Source: a virus
Virus record (IMG/VR): IMGVR_UViG_3300021130_000224
Location: 1-64,000 of that record
Length of the DNA stretch: 64,000 bases
Strand: one strand, 5' to 3'
Part shown: positions 15,374 to 25,274 of the stretch, in pieces
Numbering within the stretch: position 1 is the first letter of the stretch
How the letters are laid out: each line of letters starts with the position of its first letter
The notes under the pieces: model-generated
The model's input: the letters and a program-made list of their open reading frames with translations, nothing else
What the model was told of the DNA's origin: nothing
Databases searched by the model: none
Translations under genes and position numbers: made by a program

Positions 15374-15658
15374 ATGGATACGTTTCAAACCGGCAGCACA
15401 GTCTTAACACAGACACCCACAAAGTTCTACTGGATTCTTTATGGTACCAGGTCAGGATCATTAATTGGAAAATGTATTGCTACGCATCCTTTCCAATATA
15501 TTCACAATACTAATCTCAATGACCCTAATCAAAAGTGGGGAAAGATTAATCTCGTTAACTGGAAAGAGATAACTGCCGAAGAGTTCTCATTGTGGGCAGA
15601 GCTTAACCCTAATCTGAGTGAATCAACAGATATAGGAGAAATTCATCAAATGGATTAA
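15374..15658 (+). CDS. hypothetical protein
   Basis: 94 aa, downstream of a TACCTTTG box at 15344. Confidence 0.7.
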   Translation: MDTFQTGSTVLTQTPTKFYWILYGTRSGSLIGKCIATHPFQYIHNTNLNDPNQKWGKINLVNWKEITAEEFSLWAELNPNLSESTDIGEIHQMD

Positions 15659-15670
15659 ACAATTAAATAT

Positions 15671-16051
15671 ATGATAGATATCGGAGTATCAGCACAAGAA
15701 AGAGCTGACATCAAAGCAGAAATGAAAAAGACACAAGAGGCATACAATACTGACGTAAGTATTGGTGTACTTGGGGGTCGTGCACTGGTTCTTCCTATTA
15801 TGGAAGAAGAGAAGGAAAGTCTGATCATCATGGATGAGAAGATAAAGAAAGAACTGAAAGGAAATGGCCTTGAGAGGGCTATTGTAAAATCAGTAGGTGT
15901 CGATGTAAAAACCATTGTGCCCGGGGACATAGTATATGTATACCCTAATCAATTTGAGGCAACTATAGCACTCAATGGTGTAGGTTATCTTGTATATCAG
16001 GAACGTGCAATAATTGCCAAAGATCTGGTACCGGTTATTCCTCAGCATTAA
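15671..16051 (+). CDS. groES: GroES-like co-chaperonin
   Basis: IGVLGGRALV...AIVKSVGVDVKTIVPGDIVY...YLVYQERAIIA matches the Cpn10 pattern. Confidence 0.75.
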   Translation: MIDIGVSAQERADIKAEMKKTQEAYNTDVSIGVLGGRALVLPIMEEEKESLIIMDEKIKKELKGNGLERAIVKSVGVDVKTIVPGDIVYVYPNQFEATIALNGVGYLVYQERAIIAKDLVPVIPQH

Positions 16052-16060
16052 AAATAGTAT

Positions 16061-16309
16061 ATGAATCCAAATATAGTAGAATTAGTAGAAGAAAAAATAA
16101 AAGACTATCCTTCTAAAAAAGGATTTGTTTGGATACCTGATTCCCCTTCATTTATATTTTGGTGCATACCAAATCATGATACAAGTAAAATGTATGAATT
16201 AACATTAGGAGTAGAAGTACCTGTAGAAGAAGCTGTTACTAAAATTAGATCTTTTTATTTAGCAATTACTGATGTAGCTTCTCATGCAACGCCCCCAAGC
16301 ACAATATAA
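16061..16309 (+). CDS. hypothetical protein
   Basis: 82-aa ORF. Confidence 0.7.
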   Translation: MNPNIVELVEEKIKDYPSKKGFVWIPDSPSFIFWCIPNHDTSKMYELTLGVEVPVEEAVTKIRSFYLAITDVASHATPPSTI

Positions 16310-16320
16310 AATATTTACTC

Positions 16321-16506
16321 ATGCAACACGTATTTGAGTTTGTAGCTAAGTTAGCCGATGATAAGGTTGTGCATATGAACTATATAGGGAAGACTTCTCG
16401 TCATAGTAAAGTAACTGAAAAGATACTTGAAGATCTTAAAAAGGTATACAATATTGAACGTGATCAAGTAGTTGACCTTTATTTGAAACCAGTTAAAAAG
16501 AAATAA
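16321..16506 (+). CDS. hypothetical protein
   Basis: 61-aa ORF, TAATG overlap. Confidence 0.7.
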   Translation: MQHVFEFVAKLADDKVVHMNYIGKTSRHSKVTEKILEDLKKVYNIERDQVVDLYLKPVKKK

Positions 16507-16916
16507 TGCAACAAGTAGCAATACAGAATGGAACAACCTTTGCTGATCGAGATGGTCAGCAATGGTTGGGCTTTTCTTTCAAAAGAAAGAAGGCAGATAA
16601 AAGAGATATTGCAACTGCTTATTTTCAATTACTCTCTGCGTTTAACAATCTTAAACTTAGTGATGGTGAAATAAGTTTACTTGCTCACATTGCTTTAAAT
16701 AAAGGAATTGTTTCTGGTCCTTGTAAAATAGGTTATGTAGAAAACTATAACAGTTCTATAGCTGCTGTCGATAATACTATCAGTAAGTTGAAGAAAAAAA
16801 AGATTCTCATTAAAAAGGAGAATACTGTATTTCTTCACCCTAAAGTAACACTAGATTTTAATAACCAGAGTAACTTTATTTTTTCATTCAAATGCATACT
16901 CGAGACAAATTCATAA
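16506..16916 (+). CDS. winged-helix DNA-binding protein
   Basis: LSDGEISLLAHI...SIAAVDNTISKLKKKKILIK..TVFLHP. Confidence 0.6.
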   Translation: MQQVAIQNGTTFADRDGQQWLGFSFKRKKADKRDIATAYFQLLSAFNNLKLSDGEISLLAHIALNKGIVSGPCKIGYVENYNSSIAAVDNTISKLKKKKILIKKENTVFLHPKVTLDFNNQSNFIFSFKCILETNS

Positions 16917-17344
16917 ATCTACCGGCTGCAGATATTATAAATCATAGGAGTGGCAACAAGACAATTGACCCTATATATAAAATACCTGAAGACAAAATAA
17001 CTGAAGATTGTATAGCAGCAGTGGCAGAACAGTTAGGTATTAGTAAGGGGGTTGTTCGAGAGATTCATAATTTTCAGTGGGCAAAAGTCAAAGAAGGTAC
17101 CGATACATTCAGAACTATTCATGTCTCTAAGTTCTTTAAATTAAGGTTGAGTCAGTTTAAAGTACCCATGTATATTGATGAGATTAAAGAAGAAATAGCA
17201 TATATTGAAGGGAGACTTGAAGAATCTTTAAGACCAACTAAAAGAAAAGAACTTCAGGAAAAGAAAAAAGTATTGGAAGAAAAAATAGAAGTACTTAATG
17301 TACAGCTTGCAAAATGTGTTCAACGTAAACAAAAGAATATATGA
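16892..17344 (+). CDS. IHF/HU-like protein with C-terminal coiled coil
   Basis: IAAVAEQLGISKGVVREI...TIHVSKFFKL. Confidence 0.55.
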   Translation: MHTRDKFINLPAADIINHRSGNKTIDPIYKIPEDKITEDCIAAVAEQLGISKGVVREIHNFQWAKVKEGTDTFRTIHVSKFFKLRLSQFKVPMYIDEIKEEIAYIEGRLEESLRPTKRKELQEKKKVLEEKIEVLNVQLAKCVQRKQKNI

Positions 17345-17724
17345 AAATAGAATTTGGAAAATTGCTTGAAGGAATTGGCAATGCTGTATTTATAAAAGAT
17401 TCAGTAGAGAAAATAGCTGCTGAAAGAATAGCTATTTGTAATGAGTGTCCTCATTACTCCCCTAATGTACTGAAGGCCGGCGGTGGTCCATTTATGCGTA
17501 AGGATAACTTTTGTACAGATTGTGGCTGCAATATGTATTTGAAGACAAGAGCAATGTCTGCTTTTTGCCCTCTTGGTGGTATTGGTTCTCATTTCCCAGA
17601 TGAGGTATCTAAGTGGCCGGCCCTGACAACAGATGGTGAAGCAGCAGAGAAGATCCTGGAGACACCTGAGCTCAAGAAAGATATTGATGCCTACAAGATA
17701 AAACTTAATGCAAAACAAAATTGA
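17341..17724 (+). CDS. Cys-rich Zn-binding protein (DUF6171-like)
   Basis: RIAICNECP...CTDCGC..YLKTR....CPLG...KW. Confidence 0.7.
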   Translation: MKIEFGKLLEGIGNAVFIKDSVEKIAAERIAICNECPHYSPNVLKAGGGPFMRKDNFCTDCGCNMYLKTRAMSAFCPLGGIGSHFPDEVSKWPALTTDGEAAEKILETPELKKDIDAYKIKLNAKQN

Positions 17725-17730
17725 AGAGTA

Positions 17731-18042
17731 ATGGCAACGGTTAAGAAACAGATATACATTAATACTGAACTTGAGTGGGCTGAACAAAAACTTCAGGAAT
17801 GGAAGCAGTATGTTGATGAAAACCCTTTTCAACACATGAAGGATCGTATTGAGTTCAAGCCTACTGCTAAAGGAGGATTGATACCAATGGTGATTGCATC
17901 AATTGAATCACAGATAAAGTGTGTTCGTGATACGATGAAAGAATATCTTGTACTTTTGGAACAAGTTGATAAAATGCGACAGGCTGAAGAACATAAGAAG
18001 AAAGATGTAAAAGGCGGTGCTGATCGACCATCCAGAATGTAA
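17731..18042 (+). CDS. conserved helical protein, possible terminase small subunit
   Basis: directly upstream of and coupled (TAATG) to terL. Confidence 0.5.
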   Translation: MATVKKQIYINTELEWAEQKLQEWKQYVDENPFQHMKDRIEFKPTAKGGLIPMVIASIESQIKCVRDTMKEYLVLLEQVDKMRQAEEHKKKDVKGGADRPSRM

Positions 18043-21000
18043 TGATAGTTGAAAAGAAAATAAAAGAGATTAAATTCTCGGACTTCTTTAAAAACAAGAA
18101 GAGCATTCCTCCAAGGGGGTCAGATGCTTATGACAAACTTGTAAAGGAAGAAGAGGCAAGATGTTTAGGAGGTGTCATGGTCGATGGAGTATTTTTCTCC
18201 GGCTGGCTTTACTGGCACCTTAATCATTGGTGGATACGTGATGACATTGAGGACGAGTATGAAAATATTGTAAGACGTAAATTATTACCTTCTCTCCGGG
18301 ACAATGAGTGGATAGTTGCTCAATACCTTGAGGAATGTAGAGTAGAAAAGAAAGGTTACCTGCATATAGGTGTACGCCAGTTTGGTAAGAGTGAGATTAT
18401 GGCTTCTTACCAGGGTTATCATGCAACACTGTTTCAGAATACACAGAATGTAATAGTAGGTGGTAATGACTCTGACTTATCACTGTTAAAAGATAAAATT
18501 GACTTTGGTCTAAAAAATCTTTGGGAAGGATTACGTATCCCAATGCTTGATAAAGACTGGAGAAAACCCATGGTTCGTCTGGGACTTAAAGCAAAAGACA
18601 ACGATGATGAAGTATGGTCATATCTTATCATCAGGAACGTAGCGGATGGTAAGAATACAGAAGGTCCTGCCGGTGTTACAGCTAAAGCTTATGCAACCGA
18701 TGAGATTGGTAAGTTTCCATTTGCACAATCTTTTGAAGCTGCAAAGCCGGCCTTTAAATCTAAATTCGGTTGGCGTTGTGTACCACTATTGTTCGGATGT
18801 GTATGTGCAGGAACAAAAGTATGGACAAATAATGGGAATTTTATAAACATTGAAAATCTTGTACCTGAAAATGGAATTATAGGGTATAACGGAGAAGAAA
18901 GTTCAAAAGAAATTATTACTTATTGGCAACCTCCTTTTGAAAAGCCTTGCTATAAAATAGCAACTAACACCGGAAGATACTTAGAATGTAGCGAAGATCA
19001 CCCTATTTTATATAGAGCACGAGATGAAAAAGAAGGGCATAGATCTAAAAGGGTTCGTAAAGTTTATTTTAAAGAAGCAAAAGATATTCAAGTAGGAAAT
19101 CAAATAGCTGTAATAGAGAACGTAGATATTTTTTCTGAAAAAGAAATGTGGGAACCTAGGGTAGTAGGATGGTTGATAGGAGATGGTTCTTATGGGTTTG
19201 ATAAAACACCAGTACTTTCAAATTGTGATTTAGAAATAAACTCATATATAGAAAACAATTTAAACACTAAAACAGAAAGTACATATCTTACAAAAGATGG
19301 TAGGGTATATAAAGAAACACGTATAAAAGATATTTGTAAAGAACTGAGGAAAATAGGTATATACGGGCAAACAAAACTTAAAAAAACTTTGCCTATAGAA
19401 GTACATTCTTATTCTAAATATGCTATAACAGAATTATTAGGCGGTTTATTTGATACAGATGGTACAGTTGGTGGATACAATAAAGGAATACCTATTATAG
19501 CATTAGCAGCTTCTTCTGAATTTCTCCTAAAAGAAGTTCAGTTTTTACTTCAAAAATTAGGTATACATTGTACCATAAAAAGAATTAAAGCAAATATTAA
19601 AGAAGGAAGAAAAGACAGAAATGATCATTACAGATTATCTATTTGTGATAAAAAAAGTATAAAGATGTTTTATGAACAAATTTCTTTTTACGTTAAATAC
19701 AAACAAGAAAATCTGTCTAAGTGTGTTGAAAGATTAAATTCTAAAAAAGAGCAAATACCAAAAGAATTAAAAGGCATTAGATTAGAAAGGGTAGTTAGTG
19801 TAGAGTATATAGGAATTAAACCTGTGTATAATCTTACTGCAGGCACTACTAATACATATATTGCTAATGGTATCGTTACTCATAATACCGGAGGCTCTTT
19901 TGAAAAGGGAGCTGATGCTGAACGATTCTTTTACCACCCGGATGCCAACAACTTCCTAGCAGTAACTGATCCTATAACAGCCGAAAGAACTTGTGTGTTT
20001 ATGTCGGGTCTGTACCGCCTTGATTGCAAGTATGAAACTACGCTTGGTGATTATCTTCGGAAGGAAGGAAAGATAACACATGATACAAAAGAGCTGAACA
20101 AAATACCATTCCATGCTTCTGACAAAATAAAAGCCCTTGAGACAATCAAGGCAGAAAGAGCAAATAAAGCACTTGACCCTGATCAGACAGAGTACCTGAA
20201 ACTTATCATGTACTATCCTCTAACTCCAAAAGAGTGTTTCCTTTCTTCATCTGAAAATTACTTCAATGGAGATATTGCCCGAAACCAGAAGGAAAGACTC
20301 GAGGTCATGTTTCCTGGGCTTAAGGTTGGTATGTATGTTGATCTCTATGAAGAGGAGGGTATTATAAAACACAAACCTTCAACCAGATTACCTGTCTCTT
20401 CATTCCCTAAAGGACCAAAAGAAGATACCAACTGCCCGATAGTAATACTAGAGCACCCCGGCCCCATGCCTCCTTATGGTTTATTTGTTGCTGGGATTGA
20501 CCCTTACCGTTTTGAGAAAGCTCCAAACTCGGATTCATTGGGGGCAATTTATATATTTAAAAGAGCATATGATGCTTTAAGTGATAGCTTTCAAGACATG
20601 CCGGTTGCTTGGTACGTGGCTAGGCCAGACAGCAAAGACACTTGGAACAACAATGTAAGACTACTGATCAAGTACTACAATGCAATTGCACTTTGCGAAA
20701 ATGATGAGATGTCATTTATTGATTATATGATTGCAAAAGGGGATGGTCACATGCTCATGGATACTCCTGATTGGATCAAAGAGTACAGTCCTACAAGTAG
20801 TGCTAACCTCAGACAGAAAGGCGTAAGCTCTTCTCCAAGAAACATTGAGCTATTTAATACTAACCTAAAGCAGTACATGGAAGAGTACTTTGCATCTGCT
20901 CCGGTTCCCGGCTCTGAGGAGACAAGAAAGGTACTTGGTGTTGCCAAGATTTACGATTCTGTATTACTTGATGAGATTATTAAATGGAACAAAGATGGTA

Positions 21001-21194
21001 ACTTTGACCGCATCAGGGCATTGTCAATTGCAATTACCTGTGCAAGAAAAATGGATTTACAACGTATTCAACCACAAGTTGAAGATAATGAACCACAAGT
21101 AGTAAAACCTAAACGGAGGAGAAGTGGTCCATTTAAAGAAATGAACAGTACTATATTTGGCCCGAGAGGGAGTATAAACAGACTTTTTAAATAA
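18042..21194 (+). CDS. terL: terminase large subunit with intein (mature about 687 aa)
   Basis: Walker A RQFGKS, Walker B YATDEIG, G|TGG motif split by the intein, nuclease GIDPY, NFDRI; lies upstream of portal. Confidence 0.95.
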   Translation: MIVEKKIKEIKFSDFFKNKKSIPPRGSDAYDKLVKEEEARCLGGVMVDGVFFSGWLYWHLNHWWIRDDIEDEYENIVRRKLLPSLRDNEWIVAQYLEECRVEKKGYLHIGVRQFGKSEIMASYQGYHATLFQNTQNVIVGGNDSDLSLLKDKIDFGLKNLWEGLRIPMLDKDWRKPMVRLGLKAKDNDDEVWSYLIIRNVADGKNTEGPAGVTAKAYATDEIGKFPFAQSFEAAKPAFKSKFGWRCVPLLFGCVCAGTKVWTNNGNFINIENLVPENGIIGYNGEESSKEIITYWQPPFEKPCYKIATNTGRYLECSEDHPILYRARDEKEGHRSKRVRKVYFKEAKDIQVGNQIAVIENVDIFSEKEMWEPRVVGWLIGDGSYGFDKTPVLSNCDLEINSYIENNLNTKTESTYLTKDGRVYKETRIKDICKELRKIGIYGQTKLKKTLPIEVHSYSKYAITELLGGLFDTDGTVGGYNKGIPIIALAASSEFLLKEVQFLLQKLGIHCTIKRIKANIKEGRKDRNDHYRLSICDKKSIKMFYEQISFYVKYKQENLSKCVERLNSKKEQIPKELKGIRLERVVSVEYIGIKPVYNLTAGTTNTYIANGIVTHNTGGSFEKGADAERFFYHPDANNFLAVTDPITAERTCVFMSGLYRLDCKYETTLGDYLRKEGKITHDTKELNKIPFHASDKIKALETIKAERANKALDPDQTEYLKLIMYYPLTPKECFLSSSENYFNGDIARNQKERLEVMFPGLKVGMYVDLYEEEGIIKHKPSTRLPVSSFPKGPKEDTNCPIVILEHPGPMPPYGLFVAGIDPYRFEKAPNSDSLGAIYIFKRAYDALSDSFQDMPVAWYVARPDSKDTWNNNVRLLIKYYNAIALCENDEMSFIDYMIAKGDGHMLMDTPDWIKEYSPTSSANLRQKGVSSSPRNIELFNTNLKQYMEEYFASAPVPGSEETRKVLGVAKIYDSVLLDEIIKWNKDGNFDRIRALSIAITCARKMDLQRIQPQVEDNEPQVVKPKRRRSGPFKEMNSTIFGPRGSINRLFK
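18798..19886 (+). mobile_element. intein (363 aa) with LAGLIDADG homing endonuclease
   Basis: starts CVCAGT, block B CSEDHP, VGWLIGDGS and LGGLFDTDG, ends VYNLT..TYIANGIVTHN, +1 Thr. Confidence 0.95.
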
Positions 21195-21201
21195 TTGCAA
21201 T

Positions 21202-23877
21202 ATGGCAATCATAAAATACTTAGCCGAATACAATGCACCTCAAGAAGTGCTTTTGAATTTATTTCCAGACCAGTTCATTGGAGAGGGTCTTGACATTGAT
21301 TCTAATAGACGAATCACTGACAAGGCAGGTAACGTAATACCTATGCCTCGGCAGCATGTAGATGGTATTACCAAACGCTCTGGTAACTGGTGGAAGATAA
21401 ACATGGACTATTTTTATACTGTTGCACTTGCTCAGTATAACTACCAGCGTATCAGGATAGTTCGTAACTATGAATTGATGAAAGGTAAACTTCGTCCTGA
21501 AGATTTCTATGCAGAAGGACCAGTCATGTCATTTGTAGATGAACTTATTCGTGATGCTGACCTACCTGCATATGTACAGCATTATCCTATTCTCAACCCA
21601 CCAATTAATACAATGGTAGGTGAAAAAAGTAAAAGACCTGATGTAGCCAGACCAAAAGCAGTAGATGATCAATCCAAGAATGAAGAGGCCCAATTTTATA
21701 CCAAGCTATATCAAACCTATATTATTGATAGTGCAAAACAAAAAATCGCTGAAGATCTTAAACAGCAAGGTGTAGATACTTCTGACATTGAAGGTTTTGA
21801 TAAACAAGTAGACCAACTTACTACTGAGAAAGTAAAAGAGTACATGATGGATTATACTTCTGCTGCGGAAGTATGGGCATCTAATATGCTTCAGGCATTG
21901 AAACGTGAGTTTAATTTAAAAGAAGAATTTGAACAAGGTTTCCGTGACTTACTTATAAGCAACAGAGAGTTCTTCCATAACTATGAAGACCGTAGTCGTA
22001 CAGGGTTTAAAGCAGAGAAAGTCAATCCTAAAAATGTATGGTGGCTTACTACACCTGATAAAAAATATATCAAGGATGCATATGCTGCCGGCCTGATTGA
22101 GATAATGGAGCTTAGTGAAATCATCAACAAGTATGATCTTACTGAAGAAGAGATAGACCACCTTCGTAACTATGCAATGCAAGCTTTCTATCCTTACTCA
22201 AGAACTACCAACCTTGAAGCAGGTAAGACAGGTGCTGAGAGCATTCAGTACAATGCGTATGATGATCTGGTTCTGAGAGAAAGACAGAACATGGAAGCCT
22301 GGATGAACAACGATAACAACCAAGATGTCAATGGTCTTCTTGGTAATGCAGCCCCATCTGTAGGTACATTTGGTAACCGTTTCATTGTTACTACTGCTTA
22401 CTGGTTATCAAAACGTAAAATTGGTCTACTGACTTACATTGATAAAGATGGTAACATACAATCAGATATGGTTGATGATAACTACAAAGACGGTCAACAT
22501 CCTCAAGAATTATCTATTGAATGGAAATGGGAAAACCAGTGGTACAAAGGTGTAAAGATTGGTGATGACATCTACTATGTTGAGCCACTTGAGATCTTGG
22601 ACTATTGTCCTATCATTGGTGTTGTACATGAAATCGAGAATACAGTTTCTACATCTCTTGTGGATTTGATGAAACCTTTTCAGACACTTTACAATATCTG
22701 CATGAATCAACTCTACAGATTGCTTGAAAAAGAAAAAGGTAAAGTGCTTCTGATGTCTCGCCGGCACGTACCTCTACAGAAGAATGGTACATACGAAGAC
22801 AGTATGGAAATATGGGAACGCCAGGCAGAAGAGCAAGGTGTTATCTGGGTTGATGATAGTCCTGACAATTTAAAAAAGCCATCTTCTTTTAATCAGTACA
22901 CTGTAATTGACTGGACACTTTCTCAACAAATGCAAACACGCTATGAATTAGCAATGCAGTTGAAGAATGAATGTTGGGAATTGATTGGTATCAATAGACA
23001 ACGACTTGGATCAATTGCCGCATCTGAATCAGCAACCGGTACAAATACAGCAGTATCACAATCCTATGCTCAGACAGAGCCATACTTTGTTCAACAAGAG
23101 TATGTTGAAAATCAAGAGCTTCAATGTGTACTTGATATGGCATTATACCTTGAAGCAAGGAAACCAGATTCTACATTAAGCTTTATTGATAACGAGGGTG
23201 GAAATGCCTTCGTAAAAATTCAAACAGAGACTCATTTAAAAAATCGTGACATCAAACTCTTTATGACCTCAAGGTCAGATGATATGAGAGTCTTCCAGCA
23301 AATCCAAGGTCTGGCCCAGGCAGCAATGCAAAATGGAGCAAGTCTATACGAAGTTGCACAAATGTATACAGAGACATCTACTCGCAAGCTTCTTGATGTA
23401 TACAAGAAACTCAAAGAGAAGAATGACCAAATGCTACAACAGAAACAGCAGATGGAACAACAAGCACAGCAAATGGAACAGCAAAAGATGGAACAAGAAG
23501 CTGCAAGAGAAGATAAATATCATCAAGATGAGATACAAGTAAAGACTTATGAAATTGATACCAAGGCCAATACTGAATTGACTATTGCTCAAATTAAAGA
23601 GCGTATGAAGATGGCTGAAATCAATCGTGCTACAGACGAACCGGATTTTCTTGACATCATGGCACACCGTCAAAAAGAACAAGAATCAATTTACAAACGT
23701 GATATAGAAGATATGAAAGTTCAAATGATGAAAGAAAAGTTAGCTCAGGAGAATATGAAAGCCGGTACTGATGCTCAACATAAAGAAAGAAAACTTGCCC
23801 TTGAGTCAGAACGAAATGATATTGAAAAGGATAAAGTGAAGATGATGAAGAAAAAGATATCCTCTAACTCAAAGTGA
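21202..23877 (+). CDS. portal protein (crAss-like)
   Basis: 891 aa after terL; HYPILNPPINTMVGE, SLVDLMKPFQTLYNI, GINRQRLG, Gln-rich barrel. Confidence 0.9.
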   Translation: MAIIKYLAEYNAPQEVLLNLFPDQFIGEGLDIDSNRRITDKAGNVIPMPRQHVDGITKRSGNWWKINMDYFYTVALAQYNYQRIRIVRNYELMKGKLRPEDFYAEGPVMSFVDELIRDADLPAYVQHYPILNPPINTMVGEKSKRPDVARPKAVDDQSKNEEAQFYTKLYQTYIIDSAKQKIAEDLKQQGVDTSDIEGFDKQVDQLTTEKVKEYMMDYTSAAEVWASNMLQALKREFNLKEEFEQGFRDLLISNREFFHNYEDRSRTGFKAEKVNPKNVWWLTTPDKKYIKDAYAAGLIEIMELSEIINKYDLTEEEIDHLRNYAMQAFYPYSRTTNLEAGKTGAESIQYNAYDDLVLRERQNMEAWMNNDNNQDVNGLLGNAAPSVGTFGNRFIVTTAYWLSKRKIGLLTYIDKDGNIQSDMVDDNYKDGQHPQELSIEWKWENQWYKGVKIGDDIYYVEPLEILDYCPIIGVVHEIENTVSTSLVDLMKPFQTLYNICMNQLYRLLEKEKGKVLLMSRRHVPLQKNGTYEDSMEIWERQAEEQGVIWVDDSPDNLKKPSSFNQYTVIDWTLSQQMQTRYELAMQLKNECWELIGINRQRLGSIAASESATGTNTAVSQSYAQTEPYFVQQEYVENQELQCVLDMALYLEARKPDSTLSFIDNEGGNAFVKIQTETHLKNRDIKLFMTSRSDDMRVFQQIQGLAQAAMQNGASLYEVAQMYTETSTRKLLDVYKKLKEKNDQMLQQKQQMEQQAQQMEQQKMEQEAAREDKYHQDEIQVKTYEIDTKANTELTIAQIKERMKMAEINRATDEPDFLDIMAHRQKEQESIYKRDIEDMKVQMMKEKLAQENMKAGTDAQHKERKLALESERNDIEKDKVKMMKKKISSNSK

Positions 23878-23996
23878 TAGGTTATTTTTTTTGATTAACG
23901 GCATATAGAAAACAATATTTTTTAACTAGTCAAGGTAAAAAGTTGTTGGTTACATCAAAGCAGCTTTACCTTTACATCAACAAATTACAACTACAT

Positions 23997-25250
23997 ATGG
24001 CACAAGAAACCTTCTTCGATGAAGATCTCGACTTTGGTGTTGAGGCTTCTCAAGCAGATGCAAAAGAGTTTGAAGCCTACATGGATGGCACTCCTGCTCC
24101 ATCAAATACATCTTCTGATAAAATCAAACCTGCTACCGATAAGGACAAACAGGAAGCTGCAGATAAAGGCAAAGTCAAATCTGATGAAGAGAGAGCTGAG
24201 GAAATGAGGGCTGCTAAACGAAAAGAAGAGGATGATGCTCGAAAGTTTATTGAGGGCAATGATGATGATGCTGAAAATGATGATGACAATGTTCAGAAAT
24301 CTCAGACAAAAAAATCTACAAATGAAGATCATAATAATGATGAAGAATCAGATAATGATTTTGAGTCATTAGCAAAAGATTTGTATAAGGTCGGCATCTT
24401 TACACCAGATGGAGAAGATGAAGAACTTCCTGCAACATCAGAAGAGTTCATCGAAAGGTTTAATTGGGAAAAACAGAAGATGGCAGAACAAATGGTTTAT
24501 AGCTTTGCCGGCAGACATGGTGAACAATATAGAGATTTGTTTAATGCAATCTTCGTGAATGGTGCAGATCCAAAAGAATACGTTAACCAGTATTTGGAAA
24601 CACAGCACTTCAAAGACATGGACCTCAGTGATGAGGATAACCAACAGTCAGTTGTTGAAGCGGCTTTGAGAAACCAAGGGTGGGAAGAAGACGATATCAA
24701 GGCCGAGGTTAAGAAGCTAAAGCTTAATGCCGACCTTGAGAGCACAGCACAGAGACATCAAAAGGCTTTGGTTAAAACTGAGGAAGCTCAGTTAGCCAAA
24801 ATCCAAGAAGAATCAAAAGTTCGTCTTGAACGTAAAAAACAACTTGAAGCACAGTATTCTACAAACATCAGGAATATCCTCGGTGAGAAATTAAAGACAC
24901 AAGACTTTGATGGCATCCCGGTAAACAAGGATTCAGCTAATAAAGCTGTTGATTTCTTGGAAGCTAAAAAGTGGAAGCTGCCTTCAGGTGAATTAATCAC
25001 CGACTTTGACAGAGTGATAATGGATCTTCAGCATCCACAGAATCATGAAGCCAAAGTAAAGCTTGCTCTCCTTCTTATGAAGGGGTATGAGCCGGGCAAA
25101 CCAATCAGTCTCGATCTTGGGCCAGTAGCAAAAAAAGCTGTAAGTAAAGAAAGCAATGAGCTCTTCAACTTTGTAAAAGGAAAGAAAGCAAAAGCTAACG
25201 ATACTTTCGGTGATGGAAAAAGAAAATCAACATTCATTGATGGATTATAA
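23997..25250 (+). CDS. acidic scaffold-like protein (gene between portal and MCP)
   Basis: D/E-rich N-terminus, coiled coils, conserved position; start MAQETF. Confidence 0.75.
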   Translation: MAQETFFDEDLDFGVEASQADAKEFEAYMDGTPAPSNTSSDKIKPATDKDKQEAADKGKVKSDEERAEEMRAAKRKEEDDARKFIEGNDDDAENDDDNVQKSQTKKSTNEDHNNDEESDNDFESLAKDLYKVGIFTPDGEDEELPATSEEFIERFNWEKQKMAEQMVYSFAGRHGEQYRDLFNAIFVNGADPKEYVNQYLETQHFKDMDLSDEDNQQSVVEAALRNQGWEEDDIKAEVKKLKLNADLESTAQRHQKALVKTEEAQLAKIQEESKVRLERKKQLEAQYSTNIRNILGEKLKTQDFDGIPVNKDSANKAVDFLEAKKWKLPSGELITDFDRVIMDLQHPQNHEAKVKLALLLMKGYEPGKPISLDLGPVAKKAVSKESNELFNFVKGKKAKANDTFGDGKRKSTFIDGL

Positions 25251-25274
25251 TTATTAAACTAAATTTTACTTAAA

